64,000 bases of DNA. Origin: Fimicolochytrium jonesii (taxonomy: Eukaryota). Position 1 is the stretch's first letter. Every line of letters starts with the position of its first letter. The notes beneath the pieces were generated by a model. The model saw only the letters and a program-made list of their open reading frames with translations, was not told the origin of the DNA and did not search any database. The stretch lies in contig NW_026515690.1 in the NCBI RefSeq assembly GCF_025526975.1, positions 186,001 to 250,000 of the forward strand, read 5' to 3'. Positions 29,401 through 41,838 of this stretch are shown here, piece by piece. Position numbers and translations under genes: made by a program.

Positions 29401-29819
29401 CCTCGGTAACTACCACCCGCATAGAGTGGAGGATGCTATAGCGAAACGGGGAAGTTCAAGCCTGACGCCCACAACAAAATCGCCCGTTAGGCAACCGCCG
29501 GCGGTGTCGGCACCTCCCAGCTTTCAACATCAGATGCTGCAGAGCATTGTCAATGACTGTTTGGAGGACTTCCGGGAGCAGCTGCGAGCAGATGTGCGAA
29601 ACATGCATGTGGATTTGTTGAGACAGTTTTGGATACAGAAGGTGAGCGGCACCACATTTCAAAGCTTGTCCGATATCACCAAGAAGCTCAACTGGCACCC
29701 CTTGTTTGTTACAGACCGAAGTGGAGGACCTCTTCCGTCGCTACTCACCGAACGAGACGCTGTTACAAGAAAACCGGAGACTGAGGGAGGACAACGAGAG
29801 ACTCCGGTGTACTTATTGA
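26499..29819 (+). CDS. NEDD1: NEDD1/GCP-WD-like gamma-tubulin ring complex targeting protein
   Basis: N-terminal WD40 repeats (VRFWD, VVLWD, HAGPVRGL...TVGLDK), a long Ser/Pro-rich linker, and a C-terminus FQHQMLQSIVNDCLEDFREQLRADVRNMHVDLLRQF...LLQENRRLREDNERLR matching the NEDD1 coiled coil. Confidence 0.82.
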
Positions 29820-29987
29820 TGTGGGCAGTTTACGCATGGCTAGCCAGCTAGCTTACAGTAAAGTGTACATGTAGAATAGTGTCTTGGAACCGCAATGAAC
29901 ATTCTGGTGAACACCGGGACGTTGAGCCCACCGCATAAATGGTTTCCCTGTCCGCGAAACATCGTCAAATCTACGCAGTTTCCTGAT

Positions 29988-32900
29988 CTATACCCCACTC
30001 TGTCCCCTCCCCGATGTCGTCGGTTTCCCCACGGCCAACGACAGAGTGTTTGCATCCCAGCTGGTCAACCTCCTCATATCCACTAACCCCCAATCCCTCC
30101 CCGCCGTAATAATACATGTTCCCGTCTTGGGATCCAGCATCCTACAACTTCGTTTGGTTGACAGTCCATTGCCACCTGGGGTGAATGGAGCCCCGTACGA
30201 TTGCACCGCGCCGCGTGCGCCAGCGCTCGCAGCGGGGTCGGATGAGTCTCTGTCGAGGTGCGAGTTGGATGAACTTGATGGCGTGTCTCGCGAGAGTTGA
30301 GAGACTCGGTTGGAGAGGATACGGTGTTCCATTAATGGGATTGGTGTGGAGACAGCGTACACGAGGAAGATGCCTGGGCGAATGTATCCATGCATTAGCA
30401 ATCATCCGACGTAAGATCGATGACGATGGGAATTGTTTACCATCGGATGTATATGCCATCAAATACTGCCTGAACGGCGCCCCATCGATCCTCAGATTCG
30501 CCACGTCCGCCCAGACCAACACCGGCTCGGTGGCGAGGCCATGTGAATCCTTGTCTTGGTCGGCGTAGGTGTAAACGACGGGCGTGGCCGTGGCAAGGCC
30601 GCCTTCCATGGCATACATGCGAAGGGATCCGTCGGTGCAGCAGAGAAGGAGATATGGCTTCTTGGTTTCCGTGTGGAGGAAGGTTCTGATGTGTTTGGCC
30701 TGCAAAAATGTGAGAAGGTGATATAAAAATGCGAATAAGGCAGGAGTTGTCATCACCAAGATCTCTGGGCCGGTGCGGAAAGAATAGAATGCTTTTCCCG
30801 GGCTACGCTGCTGGCCTTCCTCGTCGGACTTGCCTGGTGGGCGCACGGGGCTGAGAGATGTTGTTGGCAGCGGTTGAATCTATAGAACAAGGACTATCAA
30901 TAAATTGCACATTTGCGATGAAGCAAGCGTTAGGAAGGGATCGGAGTTGTCAACTCACATCTAAACACCAAGCGACAAAGAGATCCTTCCGCGCTGGCGG
31001 AGGCACGTACTCCATCGTCACACTCGCTCGTCGCCCGGCCAGGGAAGGTGGTTCACCGCTGAAGCTTGACCTCCGACTCCCTATTCCCATGGGAGGCTTC
31101 TCGGGCTCTAAGGTAGTGGTGTCTTTTTCCCGGTCTCGGCCTGTTACGCCGCCGATGACTGTTTCACAATTAAGACGCAGGAGTGCTCCGGATTTCATGG
31201 CTATCAGCAGGTATCGTTGCACGCTGTCGGCGCAAAAGGCTGTGATGAAGGAATCATCCAGCTGTACAAGCAAGGGACAATGATGGATAAGCCAGAGACC
31301 ATAAACCACATATGGGACTCGCCCCATCCACACATCCCAAGCCAGCGCTTACATTTGCCGTCGGCCGGTCGTCCTCCAGCCCCAGACTCTCTCTCACGGA
31401 CTCCAACCGCGTCTGCGCAATGACTTTGAGTTGCTTGTCTTTAGCGATATACTTCAGCACATCGCCTTTGCATTGCCACTCATCCTCCAGATCAAGGTTG
31501 TACGCCGCGAGGATCTGATCGCTTCCGGTGTGCGACACGAGGCAGACGACAACATCGTCGTAATCCACAAAGCAGCAACTTCGGATCGCTGCCCTCGAGA
31601 GGCGACGTTGATTGTGAACATTGCAGGTATACGTCTGCGCTGTCCCAGATCAGCTTTGAAATGAACGATCGCGCAACGCCGTTGGGAATTGCTTAGCTTA
31701 CCAGAGTATCCGCTGCTCGGTCGAACACGACCTCGATGGTCAATAAAACCCCTGCACCCGTTGCACATCCCAAAAAGAAGACATGCTTTGACAAAGTGAA
31801 CGGCATTGACTCGGCAGGCTCAAGCGTCTCTGGCTCTTCCTGTGCGAGTTCGGTCCCGGAGCCCAGATTTGCGTCTTCAGCTTTGTCATCGGAGTTTTCC
31901 TCGTCGTCTTCTTCTTCATCCTCCTCAAGAACGTTTCCGATCACTCGTCGCCTAGCGGAAGGTGCTCGCGAGGCGGCGGTTGAGGGTCCCCAAAGTCGGG
32001 TTTTGCTTCCCTTATCTTCTTTTGCCACGGCGCCGCCTGTGGGCGCTGGTTGAGATGGTTTCTGTGACTCACGTAAGGACTTGATCGTCATTTTTAATGG
32101 TGGCGGAGGTGGGGAAACGACACGAGATGCCCTCTGCGACGACACTGAGAGCCGAATGGGTTCATCGTCGTTGACGTCGATTGAATCAGCATCTCCGCTA
32201 CTTGAGCCAGAAATGTCTAGCTCTTCCGCTGTTTGCGCCGATTTCTCGTGAGTGAAGAGATGCAAGACGGAGGTGATGGCATCCGTAGGAAGGTCTTGGA
32301 TGACGTTGCGGAGCGTCGGCTGCGTGGAGCCGGGTGCGAATTCCCAGAACTCTATAAAGACGTTTAGACTCTTGATTTGACATCAAGGCCGAATCAAACT
32401 CTACGTACCGAGCCATGTATTGGATGCGAAGGCCACATACAGCCGGGAAGTGAGACCGTGCACGTGAAGGACTGGACCATATGTGCAGCAAAAGTGATGG
32501 ACAAACTTTGGGCCCGCTAGAGATGTTTCATCAGCTCTTCCTGATACGCTTGGATGAAATCTCACTTGCAGATGTTACCTTCGAGCAGCGATTTCTTTGC
32601 CTGAAACTTTCTCCGGGTAGTGGCGACCTTGAGCCTGAGCTGTTCCTCCGAGTCCAGCTTTTGATTGGCCTACAGTCAATAGATCATCAATTCAGATAGG
32701 TATCTAGCATCACCGGCCCTATCGTTGCGGTGCATTGGCCGTTTTGCGAGAGTTCCCCTTGTAGATAGCGTACATGCTCCTCCTCCAGCTTCTTTTTTTG
32801 GCCACTCTGCCGCAACAATGCATCCTTAGCTCTCAAGATCATTTCATTGGCATAGTCCTCGTCGCTCGTCATGGATGTGGTGGGCACTTCTGCGGAGAAT

Positions 32901-33225
32901 ATCGCATACGGTTGGAACTGGGCTCGCTTGAAGGTCAAGCTCTCCCGAAAGGCTTTCTCGTACGTCTGAACATTCGGGAGAATGGAAAGCCACAAATAAG
33001 TAACGAGCTTAGATAGCTGACACACAGGACATGCAGACGAGACGTACACATGTGCATCGCTTCATGTATCATAGATGACTTGGAGCAGCAGCGAGGATGA
33101 CATACCTCGACGCCGGTCCTGGCATTTGTGATTTGATTTTTGGTTTGATTCAACTCATTAGGGACGTTCAAAGGCTTTGGGGCGGCAGGCAATCCCGCCG
33201 GCAAAGCCTGTGATACTCGGGACAT
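29988..33225 (-). CDS. Hypothetical protein: N-terminal coiled coil, acidic linker and a probable beta-propeller (WD40-like) region
   Basis: GT-AG-linked exons with propeller-like strands (FFLGCATGAGVLL, LLLCCTDGSLRMY, YLMAYTSDG, IITAGRDWGL); no family recognised. Confidence 0.6.
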
Positions 33226-33479
33226 GTTTTTTTCCGTTGCATCTAGCCTTTGGATATCGCCGACCACAGGACAAATCCCTCCGTAGTATGTCACGGACGG
33301 AAAACCAAAAAAACTTCGAGGACGCGTTAGGATGTTCCTCTTCCTGACGCGTGGGGACCGTGCGTGAGTCAAGTCTCTGCGATTCTCTCACTTCCCACTT
33401 GCTTCCCACTCCCGGGCAGACTCCCGGGCGCCCCCATTGCTTGGTTTCTTCACTCGAAAACCCATACGTAAATAACCCC

Positions 33480-36400
33480 ATGGCTCGCCCAGCAGCAACG
33501 CCCTCTGCAGAAACACCTTCAGGAGCAAGGCAACAGCCTACGCCCTCGGTAGAAACTCCAGGAAATGTGAGCCCAATAGCTAGGGAAGTAATTCCCTTGC
33601 AACCTTCAACTCAGGACATCCCAGAACTCCGGAGTGGTCTGAGGAATAATGTCAAACAATGCAGAGAGCGCGGACTGCACTTCGCAGCCAAATGGTATGC
33701 CCGTCTTCTGCGGCAGCGTTGACGCCCTTCCCAAGTAACGCGTCGTCCGCAACAGGTCGGCAGATCAGCTACGATGCCTTGTACCGAACCCCACCTCGAC
33801 CGACTCTATGGACGAGACTGTGGCTTCAGCGGCAATCGCGACGGAGGAGGAGCCGATCGTCTCGGAAACTGAGGAGGAAGCTTGCTCACTTGCTTTGTCT
33901 TTCATCAACCTGCGAGACTACGAACGTACAGCGTGGTGTTTGCGACCGCCAAGCACTGTGGCTGGTCTGGCCATGGAAACGAAGCGACAGGCTCCAAGGG
34001 CGTTGTTCCTGAGGCTGTATGCGAAATACCTCGTGAGTATGGGTCTCTGAGGGAGGAAGTCGCTCAACGAAGTGAAGTTTGACCACAAACCGTCCTGTAG
34101 GCCGGTGAAAACCGTCAAGCGTTGCAACAACTGGAAACTGAGAGTTCGTCATGGATCAGCAAGCAAAGGCAAACGCAGGCAATCTCTGACATTGCTCCCT
34201 TTTTAGTCATCGTGGAAAGCACAAAGGCGCCCAACCCCTACCTGCACGAGATTCAACTGGAACTGAAACGAAATGATGGCCATCTGGATAGTTTCTGTCT
34301 TTGGCTGTACGTTAAACCGCTTTGCACTCCTTTTAACACACACTAACGTTGGACCCATTAGCCGTGGTTTGGTATACCGGAAAGTGAAGCGCTACGATCT
34401 GGCAAAAGAGGCTTTGGTACAAGCGATAACCTTAAATCCATACAACTGGAATGCCTGGGAGGAGGCCGCCGAGCTTGTGGCGAATCCAGAGGAGGTATGA
34501 ATAACGCTTCGAAACTCTCCATATTGACGTGGGTGAACGGACGACTGACAACATCGCAATCTGTAAAGCTGAATACGCTGCTCACCGAGTTACCCGATGG
34601 GTACATGCGACGATTCTTCGTTCTTCACATGGTGGCGCAGCATGGCATTGGGGCGGATCTATATTCCCAAGCTTCTGCAGACCTCTCAGTGGTCTTTCCC
34701 AATAGCTCTTACCTGAGACTGCAAGATGCCTTGGCTCACTACCAACAAGGGAGTAGGTTGCCAGCCAGGATCATCAGCGGTTTCCGTCACGCACGGAAAA
34801 GCTGACATCATTTCCCCAGAGTATCGAAGAGCGCTGGACTATTTCGAGGAATACCGAGAGCTGGAGCCCTACTCGGTAGAGCAGATAGACATCCACTCTC
34901 ATATCCTGTTCACTATGAATGATGAGGTCAAACTGTCTGTTTTGACGCGAAATGCGCTGAGCATCGACAAATACCGCCTCGAAACCTGCATTGTTGCAGG
35001 TAGGTTGCGCGATTCCGTATAGCCTTCCCATCTGACGGGGTTTGACCTGAAACCCGCTTGTAGGCAATTTCTTCAGTCTCCGTCGAGAACACGGGCAAGC
35101 AATCGACTATTTTGGTAGAGCGTTGAAACTGCAACCTGGCCACGTGGAGGCTCTAATCATGATGGGAGACGAATATGTGGAGCTCAAGAACTCAAATGCT
35201 GCCTTGGAGGCATATCGTCGGGCAGCTGGTGAGCTGGTCACGCGATACCATCTTTTCCAATCTTTCGCATTGTTGATGGATACCTTGCAGACGTGGCGCC
35301 AACCGATTTCCGGACATGGTTTGGGGTCGGGAAAGCATTCGATATGCTCGCTCTTCCAGATCATGCCATTACATACTTCAGCAAGGCGGCTACGTGCAAG
35401 TAAGCCAATCTAGCCTTCACGGCTGTCTCCCTAACTCCCATGTTGACACATATCTAAATGCTGCAGGCCAGACCACGCGCTAACATGGACATGCATGGGC
35501 CAAGCATACGAAGGCGTCAACAAGAACCACCAAGCCCTTCAATGCTACCGACGTGCGTTACTATGCCCCGAAAGGGGCAGTGCTTTGTTTTACTATATTG
35601 CCCACATATTTGAAAGGGCGCCGGAGATGGACGACCCTGCTCAAGCGGCGTTCTACTATAAATGCTGGATAGAGGAGTACCATAAAGGTGCTGTGGATAA
35701 GGTATGCCCGTGTTCTATTGGAAACGCACGCCCGGGGAAAGATTCGTACAAATTCATCTGACTGATGCCTTCCTTTCAAAATAGCGCGCGAACGAGGAGA
35801 GACACGAGCATGCGATAACGTATCTGGCGGACTACTACTGCGCGAAAGGCGACTATGCCAATTCGGAGCTGTTTGCAAACCAGATACAACATACGGAGGT
35901 ACGCATATCTTTCTATATTCGACGCGTAGGTGACCCGGACTGTGTGCATCTGACACACTCATATTTCCCTACTGCCTTTTCCTACGATAATTTTCAGCGA
36001 GGAAAGTCGCTTCTCCGCGAAATCCGACGTTTGCGCACCCATAAGTCAATATACGCAGATCGGAACGGAGCGCACCAATACCTGCCACCATCCTGGACCG
36101 ACACGACCCCCATGCGGGAAGGCAGCGGGATGACCGGCCACGACACGACATCTCAAATGAGCAGCGGGCGGTCCAGCGGCATCATGGGTACACCCTCGCA
36201 ATTCGGGTCCACACGTGAATCACTCGTTGGGCATCGCCTGCCAATTGCGTCGCCTTGGTATACCTCGGAAGAGTCGTCGATCCATTCGACACCGGGGGAT
36301 AATGCGGCGGGTCGTCTTTTGCCGGGGTCGGCGCTACCGTCGGCGCGACAGGGGAGGGAAGTCAATAGTTCGTCGGGGTCGTCCTCTGTTGGTGGCGGGC

Positions 36401-36480
36401 CGCAGAGTGCGAGGACGAGTAGGATGGGATCGAGAACTGGGTCTTGGTCGAGTTCGCCTGCTGTCGATGATGCGCGGTGA
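33480..36480 (+). CDS. CDC23: Anaphase-promoting complex subunit 8 (Cdc23), TPR protein
   Basis: CRERGLHFAAKWSADQL, LFLRLYAKYL, LDSFCLWL, PYNWNAW, IDKYRLETCIVAGNFFSLRREH and MGDEYVELKNSNAALEAYRRA. Confidence 0.93.
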
Positions 36481-37460
36481 TTTGGCAGCTATCAGTAACC
36501 CGCAAGTTGCTGCTAAGACTATATATTCTGGCGCTGGGGAAGCTGTTCTGCCTGAAGGCGGAGCCAGCACAAGCAAGCAATACGATACGAGAGCGCCGGC
36601 GAACAACTTCGCCCGTAACCAGTCCTTCAAATAACAGAAGGTCTAGTGTCAAACGAGCACAAGCGAATGACGAAACTGCGTAGAACGTCACGATTGTTCA
36701 TCCTCGGCGTATGTGATCCCATGTTACTACTAGGCGAGTGTCTGGGCGCAGCGCTTTTTTTTGGTATATATAGGCTCCCCAGCTATACACGAAAACATAT
36801 GATTTCCAAAAAAAGAACGTGTCTGTATTCTCTATAACATACTTTGATGCCGCTTCAGTATCGACAAAGCGTATCACGAAAATACGCCGCTAGGGACAGT
36901 ACAGCCGGCATCCCTAGTTGGAGACACCGGCCCACTGCGGACTCCTTTTTTCATTGCGCTATATATATATATACACACATCACGGCTGTCCGGACCCTTT
37001 CCAGAGTGGACCGCCGCCGAGACCAGATCCCCTCCTTCGCCTGGGACCTTGTGGACCGCCCATTTTCCACTAAAGTCGTGGCGTCCCCATACCCGCCACT
37101 GATACGGGTATCAACACAGAATCACATCGGGTGAGGGGTCGGTGTGTAGGTATCTACCCCCGTACCGACCCCCGACACCCGACGGGCGACCCCCGACACC
37201 CGCCACGGGTCGGTGTGTAGGAAACGCACGCGCGTCCGTAGGCGTTTGCATGGGGACTTTCGAATTCTCAGTGCATAGTATGGGGACTACGTTTGCTCGG
37301 AGATACGCAGTACTGATGAAGTACACCTGGTGATCACCACTCCGGAGGTGATCACCCCTTCCGGCAGATATCAAATCAAAGCCTTGCCTCGGAGAGGTCG
37401 TTGCAACCTCGGGCAACGACCTCTCCGTGGCAAGGCGTTGGTTTGATTTCTGCCTGAACC

Positions 37461-38190
37461 TTACATCCCCACCGAAGAACGAGTCAACAAATCGACTGTA
37501 CAGTTGACGGGTATATGACATTTCTGACATACAGTACTCTCCCCGTCCACGGTTCCCAGATCAGCTACACTTTTCATGATCATCAACAGCGTCCAAAGTA
37601 TGTCCTGCGGGACCCAGCTACCGATGTCGGGTTTGTTCTGCGTCTTGCTATGGAACGCCTCCACTGCGCCGGTCAATTTGCTTACAGATTCGATGTGTGC
37701 AAGTGACGCTGCCGGAGAGGGGTTTCAATAACTCTTCCAATAGGATGGCCGTTGCCGCCTGAACTTCGGTGGGAAGCTTCCAAAACGGCCCGTCCCACTT
37801 TTCTAAGAGAACCCGCCAGCGGCAATTCAATTCTTCCAACTCCACGAACCAGTTCGTTTGCGAAGTGTCGGTGAAGGGCGGCGGGAGGGGAAACTTGCGA
37901 AGTTCCTTGGCAAAATATAGGTCCAAGCTTGGGAAAGTCGCATAGTAGATGGTAGAGTTGTCGGGAAGGCTGACGAGGTGAGCGTCCGTTTCGATCTCCT
38001 CCCCCTCGCTGGTAAAGTAGTAGAAAGTCGGTCGACTGTCCCCGGCGGTGACGTTGTTGGACTGCCGAAATTGTTCAACGGCCTTGAACTGCATGATCTT
38101 ATCGAGGGCCTTCATACATGCAACGCTCGACAGGCTGAGAGGGCTCTTGTAAGAGAATGCTCGATAGTGTGTATATTCAACGTCTATCAA
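37461..38190 (-). CDS. Hypothetical protein; start and 3' structure uncertain
   Basis: A 180-aa ORF of globular composition (FYYFTSEGEEIETDAHLVSLPDNSTIYY) with an adjacent ORF piece in another frame. Confidence 0.4.
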
Positions 38191-38365
38191 AGCTCTATCC
38201 CCGGATAAGGAAGGAAGAAAGGAAGCTACAGCTCCGACATGTAGCGGGACGTGCTTCTCTCACACCCCCCTTAAAACTGAGTTTTACAGAGAAGCACAGA
38301 GGGTTAATGTCGTTCCAAACCCAGGCTTCCGACCTTTGCCCACGGACACACCGAGTATAGCTACG

Positions 38366-39453
38366 ATGACCACTATGTCGATCAAGTGGGCGAAGCTCGC
38401 GAGCAAGTACAGAGAAAACGATCACGCCGGCCTGCAGGTCACCGACTCCCCTGACGTCGACCTACAACCCAACGTCCCAGCATTGCGTCACTCTCTACAG
38501 GTTGCCCTCGGAATTTACTCCACCGAACTGGCTATGCAGACGATTGCCGATTCGTTTGTAGATGACATCTCCTACGACGACATCACCAAAGCCGTTGGGG
38601 AGATCGAGGTATACGTTTGTCTGTGGGCGAAGAACACACTGCATGGACTCCACATTGACCGCGAGCATTGCCCGCCCGGCGTGGCGTGCGGCAACGTTTT
38701 CCTAAACGAATTGGTATGTAGGGATTTGAGCTCTTTACCCAACCGGTAATCTCACTCTTAGATCTCACCGTTTCTTTTTCACTAAACTCAGGATGTAAAA
38801 GTTCTGCCGACCACGGCCATCCACCAGTGGACACACGAAGAAAGAGCGTTCGTGATGTTGCTGGTCTGGTTTCTAGTCCATGAGATGGCTCATGCTCTGG
38901 TTTCGGTTTTGGAGCGCGACGGAAAGATCACCAGTTCCTCAACGCCATCAACAGCGACTGGCTTTGTTCATGAGGAAAGAGTCCTAAGGCAATACCAGGG
39001 CACAAGTCCGGAAGGATACGTAACAGGGGAAAGGGGGTGGTTTTTAGAAGACAGGCTGGGTGGACACTTGAAACTTCTGGTATATGTATTGTGTTGGTCA
39101 AGGGATCCTTTCATATCACACCGGACGGCTAACAATCAATACAGGAGAAAACCTTCGCGTTGTACATTCAACGCCCAGAGTTAAAGAAATACTGGAGAGT
39201 GGGTGCAGACGTCGTTGAGAAGATACTAAATTTCGGTGGGTGGTTCTCTTGTCAATCTTCAGCTCCTTTCAATCTTCATTCACCGTTCATGCGCTGATAT
39301 ATCTAATGCTCACTCTCAGACTATTCGGTGTTGCCCCTTGCCCGCTCGGGTCTGGGCGAATCCATGTCTCTCGCGACCGAAGCTTATATGAAAGGGAGAT
39401 TAGTCGACGATCAGGATGACGAAGGTCATCACAAGGCTGGCATGAAAACCTAG
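38366..39453 (+). CDS. HEXXH-motif (zincin-like) hypothetical protein, 4 exons
   Basis: Three GT-AG introns give an open frame containing WFLVHEMAHAL and the downstream GERGWFLEDRLGG. Confidence 0.65.
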
Positions 39454-40403
39454 ATCCGTTTCTTTGTGCAACTCGCGCTATCGAAATGGTCGTGGGGCAT
39501 CTATTACTATTATTTGGCCTTACATAGCCAATTGTGTTATGGAAGTAGTGCTTCCCCCAGTATGAACAACAAAAATCTACCTGCCGTCCTACCCGGCTTT
39601 GACGAGCATTACAAAATATGCGTAGACAACTTCAAATATGATGTCGCGAACTCAGTTGATTGATTGATAGTTCCCTCCCTCGTGGACACCCTCTTTATAT
39701 ACACAGTGTCCTTTTCTTCTAGAAGGAAAGGAGAGGGAAAGACGAAGTAGCTCGAGAGAACGACATCGGAAATAGATATCTATGTATAATAAATAACACA
39801 TAAACACTGTTTGAGGTGTGTTTCATATCGGTGCGTACGATCCAAATAACCATGGCTCTCCGTTCAGATCACGCTCCTCTTTCACGTTCAAACCTTTTTT
39901 CGACCCCGCCTCCTGCCCCGCCTCCACTCTTGGATTAGATTTTGAGTAACCCTGTCTGCTGCTTACTCTGTGCTTCTAGAGGCTATGTTAGAATTCTGCC
40001 GCTTGAAATAAGCTTCGAATGTCTACCTCTGGTTCTCGACAGAGACCTTCTGTCCTTCACAAAGCAGGATGCAAGCGTCTCTTCATGCGGTGTCGGCGCC
40101 TACCCCTTCAAGACTCTGCCTTTTGTGCGCCGTCTTTTGTTGGCATGGGTGTCATGACTGCTCCTGCCCTGCAGCCGGCGAAGTCGCACGCGAAGGGGCG
40201 AGAAGTTCCAAGGTCCCTCCACAGCCCTCCACTTCCAGGTCCTCCGCGTCCAGCAGATGGTGGGAAAGCAGTTGGGAAAGCAGGTAGGAAGAGGCGCAAG
40301 GCGTCGGAAGTCGCAGCCATTGCATTCCCACAAGTCCACACCGTCCAGGGCTGTCCACTCGTCTGCAAGCACTGGGCAGGTGGCCTTCTCCCCCCACAAC
40401 GCA

Positions 40404-41838
40404 ATGCCGGCACTCCAGCAGCTCTTCAGCCTGCCCCCGCACGTGTTGCAGACGATTGCGCTGCACCTGCCCTCGCTCGCCGATTTCCACGCGTTCTGGT
40501 CCGCGCATCCCACTCTACGGAGGGTCATTGCAAGCTCCCCATCCTTTTACACAGCGTGCATCACAGCCCTCACCGCCGCCCGCCCGCAAGGGGACAACGA
40601 CTTCTACAGAACGGAGATTATCATTGCTGAAGACTTTGGCAATCCCACTCCAACGCCTCCCACCGTCAATTTCGGTGCTTACATTTACGCCCTGACGGGC
40701 TTCTCATGTTTGCGACCGCGCCCCGTGCTCCCACTGGACTTGCATAAGGATTCTGAGGGGAACGGCGCGGATGATGGGCATGAAGGGAAGGGCTCGCATT
40801 ATTTTAAGTGTGTCATCAATCAACTCCGAGAAAAAGCCGACCCGGACCTCGTCCCCGATTCCTCCAGCGCCAGATGGATCCTCGTTTCGGCTCTTTTGCA
40901 TGGTCTTCTGCCCACTGTACAGTACCTGTGGGGCAGAGGTGTCAACCTTAGTCATGCATGTACGGTGATGGACCGGCCACCCGGAAACGCATTGGATTGT
41001 GCTCTCAGATCTCGCAGCGTGTCCACCGTTGAGTACGTGCTGACTACTGGCATGGAAACAAGGGCGGATACCTTTTTCAACCCAAGCGTACTGGAAATGC
41101 GGAATGATAATGATTGGAAGATATTTGACATTCTCGTCAAGGAGGTATGAGCTGCAATTTCACGCAGTGGGAAGTGGCCCCGGCCTCCACCCCTCGACGG
41201 TGAACTTACTCTTTGATTTCACGCTTTTCACGCGTGTTGCATGCTACTATTACCTTCATCGATCATCGTAAAGTGATATCACATCCGGAGAGATTGACCC
41301 TTCTTAGCGGTATCCTCACCGTTCACGAAGACAAGGAATATTTTATCGAACGCCTCGCCGAACTGGCTGGAGAGCGAAGGGACTCGGGGATCATTCGATT
41401 TCTCATCGATAACAAATGTGATGTGTCTCCAGCGCTCGTCGGCGTATTGGCACCCGCATCGCAAGAGTCAACATGCCAATCAATGGACGATCCCTTTCTG
41501 GCAATGCTATTGGCAAAGATACCGCAGGAAGGACCTTCATGGCAACAGGCGGTTCTGAAATCTCTTTGCAGAGCTCTCGTCCGCGGGAATGAAGAGCTGA
41601 TCTACTTTCTGATTGACAAGGGAGCAAAGGTCCCCGTTGCATGGATAACGTCCTTCAATCCTACGTCAAGCGATTCTACGACCCGCAAGATGCATCTGTT
41701 GAGAGAAACTTCATTCGAGCGGTTGAGAAATACGGAAATCAGATTCCGGACATTACCTCTCCCCAAGTTGTCAGCGAGATTACACAGCGTCGGAATCCGC
41801 AGTTCGCACAAAGTTTACGAAAGTTCGCACCCATCTGA
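40404..41838 (+). pseudogene. F-box-like / ankyrin-like repeat protein, apparently frameshifted
   Basis: N-terminal LFSLPPHVLQTIALHLPSLADF (F-box-like) and ankyrin-like segments (TVQYLWGRGVNL, IIRFLIDNKCDV, LIYFLIDKGAKV) spread over three frames, with no convincing introns to join them. Confidence 0.55.

Noticed and set aside
39710..39732. Palindrome CCTTTTCTTCTAGAAGGAAAGG as a Helitron 3' hairpin
   Set aside because: Low complexity, with no matching 5' TC end or Rep/helicase evidence.
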